Source: Opitutaceae bacterium
GTDB lineage: Bacteria > Verrucomicrobiota > Verrucomicrobiia > Opitutales > Opitutaceae
DNA: 64,000 nt
Assembly: GCA_049428505.1 (NCBI GenBank)
Contig: JBMTAG010000001.1
Coordinates: 13,154-77,153, forward strand
Direction: 5' to 3'
Shown here: positions 49,873 to 57,072 of the stretch, one piece after another
Layout of the letters: each line of letters opens with the position of its first letter
Position numbering within the stretch: position 1 is the stretch's first letter
Notes under the pieces: model-generated
Databases searched by the model: none
Told to the model about the DNA's origin: nothing
The model's input: only the letters and a program-made list of their open reading frames with translations
Position numbers and translations under genes: made by a program

Positions 49873-52800
49873 TCAGGGGACGTCGTACAGCTCGAGGAGC
49901 GCGACGCCGGAGGCGGCGCCCGCGCCGGAGATCTGGGCGGTGTAGGCGCCCGGCTCGAGGACCACCAGCAGGGCGGAATCGCGGGAATTGGCCGGCAGGG
50001 CGAAAGCCCCGACCTGGCCGGCGGCCGCGGCCAGCGCAACCGCCCCGCCGGCGCCCCAGTCGTCATTCAGCCTCAGCGCCGCGGCGGAGCCCTGCCGGTA
50101 CAGCGCGAGCTGCGGATCCGCAAGGACGTCCCCCACCCCGAAACCGGCGAGGGCTGGTCCCACCGCGCGGATCAGCAGTCGTTTCGGCTCGGAGCCGGCG
50201 ATCACGAAGCCCGCGATCAGCACCTCCGCGCCCGTTCCGACGCGGGTCCGGGCCGAGAGGTTGACCAGACCTGCAACCCCGGCGCCTGACCGGTGGTAGA
50301 GCTCGACCAACGCAACCCCGCTGGCGCCGGCCTTGCCGGTCAACTGGGCCGTGTAGGCCCCCGCCGCCGGCGCCGTAAGCAGTGCGGCATCGCGGCTGCC
50401 GGCAGGCAAAGCAAAGGCGCCGAATTCGGCCGCCGCGCTGGCCAGCGCCGTCGCGTCCGCCCCCCCGCCCCAGTCGTCGTTGGTCGCCAGCGCCACACCC
50501 GCCCCGCTGAAGAGGGTGAGGACCGGATCCGCCAGGGACCCTCCGACGCCAAAGGCGCCCAAGGTCGGACCCACCCCGCGGGCCAACAGGGTCGGCGGCG
50601 AGCCCCCCGCGAGCACGAAGCCCACGATGAGGGTGGCATCGCCCGCACCCGCCCCGGATCGCACGGAGAGGTTGGCCATCCGGGCGGTGCCGAGCGCCAC
50701 CCCCGCCGGGCCGGACTCCACGGTCCCGCCGGATCCGGAAACGAGCACGGAGTAGGTGCCCGCATCGGCGGCGCCCACGTTCGCCAGGGCCAGGGTCGAT
50801 CGCGTGGCGCCCGGGATCGCCACGCCCGCCTTCCGCCACTGGTAGGTCAGCGTTCCCTCCCCCGTCGCCCCCACCGTCAGCTGCACGCTCGCCCCCGGCG
50901 CCACGGTCTGGAACGCCCGCGGCTCCTCGGTGAGCACCGGCGGCCGGGCCTGCGGGGCAGAGCGGACCGCGAAGACCGGGTAGGATGACGTCATCAGCTC
51001 GTAACTGATGATCCCCTGCGCCGCCCGGTTGGGACCGTTCGCGGCGGGCACCGTGTTGTTGTAACCGAATTCGACCAGCCAGGCGCTCGTGGGCGCCGCG
51101 TTGCCGGAACGGAGCGCCGTCGAGGACCAGTAGGCGGTCGCCGGGGTCGTGGCCGACGGAAACACCAGCCGGTTGATCGCCGCCTGCGCGCCGTTCCTCG
51201 ACGCGGCCGTGGCGAGGGTGTAGTCGGTCAAGCTCTGCAGCTCGCGCACGTTCGGCAGGCGCCAATCGCCGTGGCCCGCGAGCGCGAGGTCTTCCGCGTA
51301 GGCCAGTGCGCTGGACCAAGTCATCGCGGGGGCGGGCACCTGCGTCCACATCAGCCCGGTGTCGAGGTCGGTGACCGTGCCGTCGAGATTGTTGACGTAG
51401 TGGTGCCCGTTCCCCGGGCGGGCGCCCCGCACATAGCGCGCGTGGTAGCGGAGCCGGCCGCCAGCGCTGATCGTCTCAGCCTTCGGCTTGGGCCCCAGAC
51501 CGCCGCCCGCGTTCACGCTCCAGACGCGCGCGGCGTCCGTGCCGTAGATATCGCTCGACCACCAGTACTCCGCCGCCCCCGCGGGATGCGGGGGGAAGAA
51601 GGTGGTGTTCATCGCGGGGTTGCCCTGGCCGAAGGTCATGAGGCTGAAGAGCTCCATCGGGGTCGGCAGGCGCCAGTCCGAATAACCCCCGGTATCGAGG
51701 GTAGCGGCCCGGGCGACCGCCGCCTCCCAGGTGCTCTCACCGGCATCGATCTTCTGCCACATCAGGCCGGTGACGAGGTCCGTCACCGTGCCGTCGCCGT
51801 GGTCACGGTACGCGGGCGGGTTGAGGGTGTAATCGGAGTCCTCGCCGAAGACGGGCGTCGCGTCGAGGGTCTGGCCGGTGTCGGGCAGCGCCCGCAGGCT
51901 CGGCCCACCCATCACGTAGGAAGTGATGCGATTGTTGCCGTTCTGGTACGTGGTCGTCGTCGGGCTGATGCCCGGGCGGCGCCAGGTGATCGTGAGCGTC
52001 TTCGGGTTGGCCGCCCGGTTCAGGCGCCAGCAGATGTCGTACGTCGTGGTGCCCACGACGTAGCGCATCAGGTAAGCGTCAGGAGAGGCGGGGGCGCCGG
52101 CCGACTCCACCAGGTTGCCGGCGTCGTCGGTGGCGAGGGAGGCGGGGTTGCGGTAGGCGGTGATGCGGGCGCCCGGAATCGCCTGGGCAACGTACCCCCC
52201 GGTGTTGTTCTGCCGGATGGCTTGCGTGGTGGGCTGGCCGTCGACCTGCCCGCCGAACTGGACCACCGTGCCGTGGAAGGCGGCGGGAAGATAGGGGGGC
52301 TGAGGTCCCGCCGCGTCCGTGCCGATCGCGTGGTAATGATACTTCCACGGGCCGTGGTCATGGCCGCCATCCGCGTCGAGCGCCAGGCGCGGGGAACCAT
52401 CCGGCTCGGTGTAGCCGTAGATTGGGTAGCCATCGAGGGCCCACGCTACCGGCAGGCCGACGCCCAGCACCGCCTGCAGGTGCACCGGCGCCAGGTGGTA
52501 GTGGTAGTCATCCGCGAGGCCGCAGTGTCCCCCGTAGAGGTCGAGCTCCCCGATCTCGTAGGAGACCCGGCCCCCGTTGTTGCGGGGATTGAAGATCGGC
52601 ACGCCATCGGCGCCGATCGCGATGGCCCCCCGCTGGAAGTTCCCGCCGGAGATCGGGATCGGGTTCGCCGCGGGGGTCGGCACCAGCGGCAGACGCCACA
52701 CGTTCGGCTTGCCGAACGCGAGCGACCCCTGATCCCGTTCGGGGCTGGTGAGCGAGGCGAAGTAGGAAACCGGCAGCGGCACCTGCTGCTGCCAGGAGGT

Positions 52801-53175
52801 GATGCCGACCATCAGGTTCGGCTGCCGGACCGGGTCCGGCATGCTGTCCGACTCGACGTGGAAGGTGGTCTGGTCCCAGTACGTGCGGACCTTCGGGCGG
52901 AAGGCGCCGAACGAGGCCGCCATCGCCGCTCCGTAGCCCGGGGGCGGCGCGCCGGCGGTCGCGGGCTCCGGTGCGTACGGGGCGACCACCGCGGCCGCGG
53001 CCCGGAACGGCGTCCGCGCCCGCTCCAAGGCCAGCTGGGCGAGCAGTTCGGCCCGCGCCGCCAGGACCTCCGGCGACGGCGGCTGGTCATCGTGCCAGGA
53101 ATGGGCCCCGGCCGGGGACCCACCGGCGAGCAGGGCGCCCGACAACGCGAGCAGGCGCGGGAGGATTCGCTTCAT
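49873..53175 (-). CDS. secreted multidomain protein: YHYH domain, 2x DUF1566-like, Ig-like, 2x shared module
   Basis: Internal ATG of ORF 49873..53262 (MKRILPRLLALSGALLAGGSPAGA). YHYH motifs GGHCGLADDYHYHLAP and KYHYHAIG. DUF1566-like TGLMWQK...GGYSDWRLPTPMELFSL and TGLMWTQ...GHGDWRLPNVRELQSL. Ig-like TLTYQWRKAGVAIPGA...DAGTYSV. Modules lie at 50296..50685 and 49876..50271. Confidence 0.75.
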   Translation of the reverse strand: MKRILPRLLALSGALLAGGSPAGAHSWHDDQPPSPEVLAARAELLAQLALERARTPFRAAAAVVAPYAPEPATAGAPPPGYGAAMAASFGAFRPKVRTYWDQTTFHVESDSMPDPVRQPNLMVGITSWQQQVPLPVSYFASLTSPERDQGSLAFGKPNVWRLPLVPTPAANPIPISGGNFQRGAIAIGADGVPIFNPRNNGGRVSYEIGELDLYGGHCGLADDYHYHLAPVHLQAVLGVGLPVAWALDGYPIYGYTEPDGSPRLALDADGGHDHGPWKYHYHAIGTDAAGPQPPYLPAAFHGTVVQFGGQVDGQPTTQAIRQNNTGGYVAQAIPGARITAYRNPASLATDDAGNLVESAGAPASPDAYLMRYVVGTTTYDICWRLNRAANPKTLTITWRRPGISPTTTTYQNGNNRITSYVMGGPSLRALPDTGQTLDATPVFGEDSDYTLNPPAYRDHGDGTVTDLVTGLMWQKIDAGESTWEAAVARAATLDTGGYSDWRLPTPMELFSLMTFGQGNPAMNTTFFPPHPAGAAEYWWSSDIYGTDAARVWSVNAGGGLGPKPKAETISAGGRLRYHARYVRGARPGNGHHYVNNLDGTVTDLDTGLMWTQVPAPAMTWSSALAYAEDLALAGHGDWRLPNVRELQSLTDYTLATAASRNGAQAAINRLVFPSATTPATAYWSSTALRSGNAAPTSAWLVEFGYNNTVPAANGPNRAAQGIISYELMTSSYPVFAVRSAPQARPPVLTEEPRAFQTVAPGASVQLTVGATGEGTLTYQWRKAGVAIPGATRSTLALANVGAADAGTYSVLVSGSGGTVESGPAGVALGTARMANLSVRSGAGAGDATLIVGFVLAGGSPPTLLARGVGPTLGAFGVGGSLADPVLTLFSGAGVALATNDDWGGGADATALASAAAEFGAFALPAGSRDAALLTAPAAGAYTAQLTGKAGASGVALVELYHRSGAGVAGLVNLSARTRVGTGAEVLIAGFVIAGSEPKRLLIRAVGPALAGFGVGDVLADPQLALYRQGSAAALRLNDDWGAGGAVALAAAAGQVGAFALPANSRDSALLVVLEPGAYTAQISGAGAASGVALLELYDVP
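49876..50271 (-). repeat. shared protein module, copy 2 of 7 (132 aa, C-terminal)
   Basis: GLVNLSARTRVGTGAEVLIAGFVIAGSEPKRLLIRAVGPALAGFGVGDVLADPQLALY...NDDW...GAFALPANSRDSALLVVLEPGAYTAQISGAGAASGVALLELYDVP*. Confidence 0.8.
50296..50685 (-). repeat. shared protein module, copy 3 of 7 (130 aa)
   Basis: ARMANLSVRSGAGAGDATLIVGFVLAGGSPPTLLARGVGPTLGAFGVGGSLADPVLTLF...NDDW...GAFALPAGSRDAALLTAPAAGAYTAQLTGKAGASGVALVELY. Confidence 0.8.
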
Positions 53176-53258
53176 GGGAGGAAGGATGCGGGCGGCGCGT
53201 GAAGGGCGGCGCGCGGAACGGATGAGGAACCTGTCATGTGCGGCCCGGCGGGCGGGCG

Positions 53259-55769
53259 TCACGGGACCTCGTAGATCTCGACCAGGGCGACGCCGCGGGC
53301 GTTCGCGTTCGGTCCGCTCACCTGCGCCGTGTACGCGCCCGGTTCAAGGGCGATCAGGACCGCGGCGTCCCGGCTGTTGGCGGGCAGCGGGAAGGCCCCG
53401 ACCGTGCCCGCGGCCAGCCCGATCTGCGCGGCGTTGGGCGCGGCGAGCCAGTTGTCGTTGGTCTCCAGCGCGGTGGTCGAACCCTGACGGCGAATCGTCA
53501 GTTGCGGGTCGGCGAGGGCGCCGCCGACCCCGAAACCGGCCAGCGTCGGACCGACCCCGCGGATGAGCACCTGCTTCGGCACATCGCCGGAAATCACGAA
53601 ACCGGCCAGCAGCGCGTCGCCGCCACTCACCTGGGCGCGGGCCGAAACGTTGACGAGGCGCGAAGCGCCCGCGGCACCCCCGCGCTCGTAGGCCTCGACC
53701 AGCGCCACCCCCGCGGCGGCCGTCTTGCCGGCCACGGTGGCCGTGTAGGCGCCCGGGCTGAGTTGGGCGAGCACCGCGGCATCGAGGCTCGCCGCCGGCA
53801 GCGCGAACGCCCCCGCTTGGGCCGCGGCCGAAGCCATTTCCGCGGCGTTCGCGGCGCGCCCCCAGTCATCGTTGGCCGCGACCGCGGCGCCGCCGGATCC
53901 CGTGACGGTCAGGACCGGATCGGCCAAGGCGCCGGTGACGCCGAACGCCGCCAGCGTGGGGCCGACCCCGCGGACGAGCACGGGCAGCCCGGCGCCGGGT
54001 CCCGCGACAAAGCCCACGATGAGGGAATCGTTGCCCGTCGCCGCGGTGGAACGGACGGAGAGATTCACCAGGCGGCTCGCGCCGAGGGTGAGGTTCGCCG
54101 CGGCCGAGGTGACGGCCCCGGCCGAGGTGCGCACGATCACGGTGTACGCCCCGACATCCGCGGCCTGCACCCGGGGCAAGCTGAGCAGCGAGGAGGAGGC
54201 GCCGGGGAGGTCCACGCCGTTGCGCTGCCACTGGTACGAGAGCGGCAGGGAGCTGACGGCCGTAACCGAGAAGGTCGCCGGCCCACCGACCGCGACCCGC
54301 CGCGCCTGCGGCTGCTGCGTGATCACCGGCGCGGGCGTCGCCGGTTCGAGCGCGCCGATGGTGTAGGCATAGGCGACGGCCCCGTGCTGCTTGCCCGGGC
54401 CCTCGTCCGCCGGCAGGAAGGACCGCACGTACTCGACCTTTACTCCGCCCGGCGAGACGGTCACGCGCGCGTAGCCGGAGTTGGCGACCCGGTCCCCGGT
54501 CGCGTAGGCATCGGTGTTGAAGAGCGAGTAGTTCGGATCCGCGGGATTGCCCAGCGACTGGTACACCACGCCATCGAGCTGCTGGCGAACGAAGATGTGG
54601 TCGTGGCTCTGGAAGAAGATCGTGACCTTGTTCGCCGCCATCAGCTGGTGGATGGGCATCGCCCAGCCGGGGCGCCGGGCCGCGAAGCCGGGGGAGCCGT
54701 TGCTGTTGAGCCCGCCCCACTCGAAGCGACCGGCGACGTCGATCCCGCCGCGGCCGGTGCCGAGGACGTGGTGGGCGAAGACGAACTTGTACTTCGCCCG
54801 GCTGTTCTCGAGCGTCTCCTTCAGCCAGCGGTACTGCGCGTCGCCGTGCGTGATCAACCAGCCATCCGCGGTCTTCGGTCCGCCGTAGAAGTCGCCATCG
54901 ACCACGACCGGGGATCCCCAGTAGGGATCGATCGCCACGAACAGCGCGTCGCCCCAGGTCCAGGCAAAATGGTTCCGGAGCAGGCCGATGTGGGGCACCA
55001 CCTCGGGGTTGCCGGAATAAAAAGCGTCCGGCGCGGGCTGCGGATAATGGGAGTTGCGGGCGTTCTGCGCCCAGACCGCGACGTTGTCCGGGGTCCCGTC
55101 GAGCAGGTAGCGCGCGGCCTGCTCGTGGTTGCCGTTCACCAGCACCAGCGCGGCGCCGCGGCCCGGGATGCCAAGATAGGGGCGCTGGATGCGATAGCGC
55201 TCGACGACCTGGGGCTGCGTCACGGCCCGCGGATTCGCCTGGTTGATCGTGTCGACGCTGAAATCGTCCCCGAGAAGGAAGAGGAAATCCGGCCGATCGG
55301 TCGCCACCAGCTGCATCGTCCGGGTGTAGAGCGTCGCATCGAACATGTTCCGGGTGCGCTCGGGATGGGAGTCCCCCTGCACCGCGAAGACGAAGGTGCT
55401 GCCCGCGGGACGCGCGGTCATGAAGGAATACTCCGGGCTGGCGTCGAACTCCGCCGCGCCGGCCGGACGGAATCGGATGCGGTAGTAATGCCTGGTGTTC
55501 GGCGCCAGGTTGCGCAGCTCCAGCTCCCGGGGCTGGCCGGCCGCAAACTCCAGCGTCTCACTGCGGCGGTCATAGGTGCCGGGAGCCGTGCCGTGCTCGA
55601 GGTAAGCGGCGAGCGCCGTGGAGGGCATGAGATTGGCGGCCATCACGGCATCGGTCGGGCGGCCCAGCACAAGGGTGCCGGGGAATTCGGCGGCCCCCAG
55701 CTCCGATCCGAAGCAGCAGAGCCCGAGCCCGATCCAAAACCCGAATGGAAAGCGGTGCGCATCGACCAT
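53259..55769 (-). CDS. secreted purple-acid-phosphatase-like metallophosphoesterase with Ig-like domain and 2x shared module
   Basis: N-terminal FN3-like part (NTRHYYRIRF). Metallophosphatase motifs VQGDSHPE, LLGDDFS, VNGNHE, FAHHVLG, FQSHDH. Ig-like LSYQWQRNGVDLPGA...DVGAYTV. Modules lie at 53688..54077 and 53262..53663. Confidence 0.8.
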   Translation of the reverse strand: MVDAHRFPFGFWIGLGLCCFGSELGAAEFPGTLVLGRPTDAVMAANLMPSTALAAYLEHGTAPGTYDRRSETLEFAAGQPRELELRNLAPNTRHYYRIRFRPAGAAEFDASPEYSFMTARPAGSTFVFAVQGDSHPERTRNMFDATLYTRTMQLVATDRPDFLFLLGDDFSVDTINQANPRAVTQPQVVERYRIQRPYLGIPGRGAALVLVNGNHEQAARYLLDGTPDNVAVWAQNARNSHYPQPAPDAFYSGNPEVVPHIGLLRNHFAWTWGDALFVAIDPYWGSPVVVDGDFYGGPKTADGWLITHGDAQYRWLKETLENSRAKYKFVFAHHVLGTGRGGIDVAGRFEWGGLNSNGSPGFAARRPGWAMPIHQLMAANKVTIFFQSHDHIFVRQQLDGVVYQSLGNPADPNYSLFNTDAYATGDRVANSGYARVTVSPGGVKVEYVRSFLPADEGPGKQHGAVAYAYTIGALEPATPAPVITQQPQARRVAVGGPATFSVTAVSSLPLSYQWQRNGVDLPGASSSLLSLPRVQAADVGAYTVIVRTSAGAVTSAAANLTLGASRLVNLSVRSTAATGNDSLIVGFVAGPGAGLPVLVRGVGPTLAAFGVTGALADPVLTVTGSGGAAVAANDDWGRAANAAEMASAAAQAGAFALPAASLDAAVLAQLSPGAYTATVAGKTAAAGVALVEAYERGGAAGASRLVNVSARAQVSGGDALLAGFVISGDVPKQVLIRGVGPTLAGFGVGGALADPQLTIRRQGSTTALETNDNWLAAPNAAQIGLAAGTVGAFPLPANSRDAAVLIALEPGAYTAQVSGPNANARGVALVEIYEVP
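53262..53663 (-). repeat. shared protein module, copy 4 of 7 (134 aa, C-terminal)
   Basis: SRLVNVSARAQVSGGDALLAGFVISGDVPKQVLIRGVGPTLAGFGVGGALADPQLTIR...NDNW...GAFPLPANSRDAAVLIALEPGAYTAQVSGPNANARGVALVEIYEVP*. Confidence 0.8.
53688..54077 (-). repeat. shared protein module, copy 5 of 7 (130 aa)
   Basis: SRLVNLSVRSTAATGNDSLIVGFVAGPGAGLPVLVRGVGPTLAAFGVTGALADPVLTV...NDDW...GAFALPAASLDAAVLAQLSPGAYTATVAGKTAAAGVALVEAY. Confidence 0.8.
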
Positions 55770-55789
55770 CCCCCATTCAAGCGCGGGCG

Positions 55790-55818
55790 GATGACGCCAC
55801 CGGGAAAGCTCGGATTAA
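55790..55818 (-). promoter_or_regulatory. conserved promoter-like element upstream of the metallophosphatase gene (TTAATC-N17-GTCATC)
   Basis: The same element, with the same 17-nt spacer and the same 20-nt distance to the ATG, recurs upstream of the paralogous gene at 59703..59731. Confidence 0.3.
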
Positions 55819-55832
55819 CAGAATGTCATCGC

Positions 55833-57002
55833 CTAGGGCTTCAGCCGGAAATACCGCACTGACCGCCGTCCCTCGTCCCCATAGATGGCATCGACGTCGC
55901 GGAGCGGCATGATCAGCCAAGGGGCGAAGAGCCCCTCCCCGTTCTTGGTGAAGACAAATCCATCCCCGAGCACCACGCAGGAATGGAAAACCAGCCCCTC
56001 CGGCGAGATGAAGCACGCGACGTCGCCGAAGTGTCCCGGAGCCGCCACTTCGCGGTAGTTCTGGGTCAGCTCGAGGTAAGCCGGTTGCGCGTCGAGGTAA
56101 TAGGTCTCCGGACGGGCGGCGAGGAAGTTCAGGGCGGTCCAGTTGCAGTCGGGCAAACGTCCCGCCACCGCGTCGCGCAGGGAAGGATAGGTGTAAAGCC
56201 GTTCACGCGCGAGCGGAGGCAGCAGCAGCGCGAGCTCCAGGGAATCTCCGGCGCGACCCGCGACCAAGGCCGCCAGGAGCGGCCGCGTGTCAAGGTGGCG
56301 CTCGTCCGCGGTCCAGTGGCGGAGAAAGGCCTCCTGCTGCGCACGCGCGGGCGGCTCGAGCCACAGGCGCCACGCTTGCCGCCGGGTCATGAAACGACGC
56401 GCCGCGAGGATCTCCGGCGCGGACCGCGCGGCTTGGATCAGCGCGGAGACGTCGCTGAAGCGCCAGTGCCCGCCGCGCTGCCAGCGCAGCCGGCGGACCA
56501 GATCCATCTGGGCCGCACTGAGTTCGCTGCCGCTCAGCCAGGCGTCCGGATCGCCAAAGAGGAAAAGGGGGCCGAAGTGGTCCGGATTAAGCGGGGAGCG
56601 CGCCAGTTCCGCATACACCGCCGCGCGCACCTCCGGCCGGAACTCCACCAAGAGGGCAACCGGGGGCAGCAGCGCCACACCGTCCGAGCCGACCCGGCGA
56701 ACCTCCGCTCGCCTTAGCACGGCCAACTGCGTCTCCTCCACCCCCGCGCGACGCAGCCGCGCCTCGACCTCGTCGGGCCCGATCCCCGGGAAACGCCAGA
56801 CCGGCGCCTGATCCGGCTTGGCGGCCAACTCCAGCAGCGCATCGGCCGCCTCAAGGTAAAGCGAGCGCGCCTTCAGTTGGCCGACATCCTCCCTCTCCGC
56901 CCCCGTTCCGGCGAAGCCGCCTGGCGCGAACAGGGCCGCGAACATGAGGCAGCGGACCAACCGCCAACCAAAGGCTAAGCACGGCGAGGGGGAGGATGCC
57001 AT
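55833..57002 (-). CDS. hypothetical protein with C-terminal NlpC/P60-like (papain-fold) signature
   Basis: ORF 55833..57026 opens with GTG, and in-frame ATGs lie at 57002 and 56945. The C-terminus LPDCNWTALNF...GDVACFISPEGLVFHSCVVLGDGFVFTKNG matches the Cys...GD(L/V)xxF...H...G.G pattern of NlpC/P60 enzymes. Confidence 0.5.
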   Translation of the reverse strand: MASSPSPCLAFGWRLVRCLMFAALFAPGGFAGTGAEREDVGQLKARSLYLEAADALLELAAKPDQAPVWRFPGIGPDEVEARLRRAGVEETQLAVLRRAEVRRVGSDGVALLPPVALLVEFRPEVRAAVYAELARSPLNPDHFGPLFLFGDPDAWLSGSELSAAQMDLVRRLRWQRGGHWRFSDVSALIQAARSAPEILAARRFMTRRQAWRLWLEPPARAQQEAFLRHWTADERHLDTRPLLAALVAGRAGDSLELALLLPPLARERLYTYPSLRDAVAGRLPDCNWTALNFLAARPETYYLDAQPAYLELTQNYREVAAPGHFGDVACFISPEGLVFHSCVVLGDGFVFTKNGEGLFAPWLIMPLRDVDAIYGDEGRRSVRYFRLKP

Positions 57003-57014
57003 CAAGGCCGGGAA

Positions 57015-57041
57015 GACGGCGTGCACGCGCCGGCGGTTTCA
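57015..57041 (-). promoter_or_regulatory. ECF-type promoter-like motif TGAAAC-N17-CGTC
   Basis: Minus strand: TGAAAC (57041..57036), a 17-nt spacer and CGTC (57018..57015), followed by TTCCC, 12 nt before ATG 57002. Motif match only. Confidence 0.3.
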
Positions 57042-57072
57042 GCGCCCCGCCCGTTCCCGGTCCGTGCCGACG

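Noticed and set aside
53215-53230. GGAAC-N6-GGAAC direct repeat (11-nt period) in the intergenic region upstream of 53175, as a possible OmpR-family binding site or ECF -35 element
   Set aside because: It is only a 5-mer repeated once, so chance expectation in an 83-nt region is not negligible. The GGAAC orientation is on the non-coding (plus) strand for this gene, and no CGT element lies at 16-17 nt.
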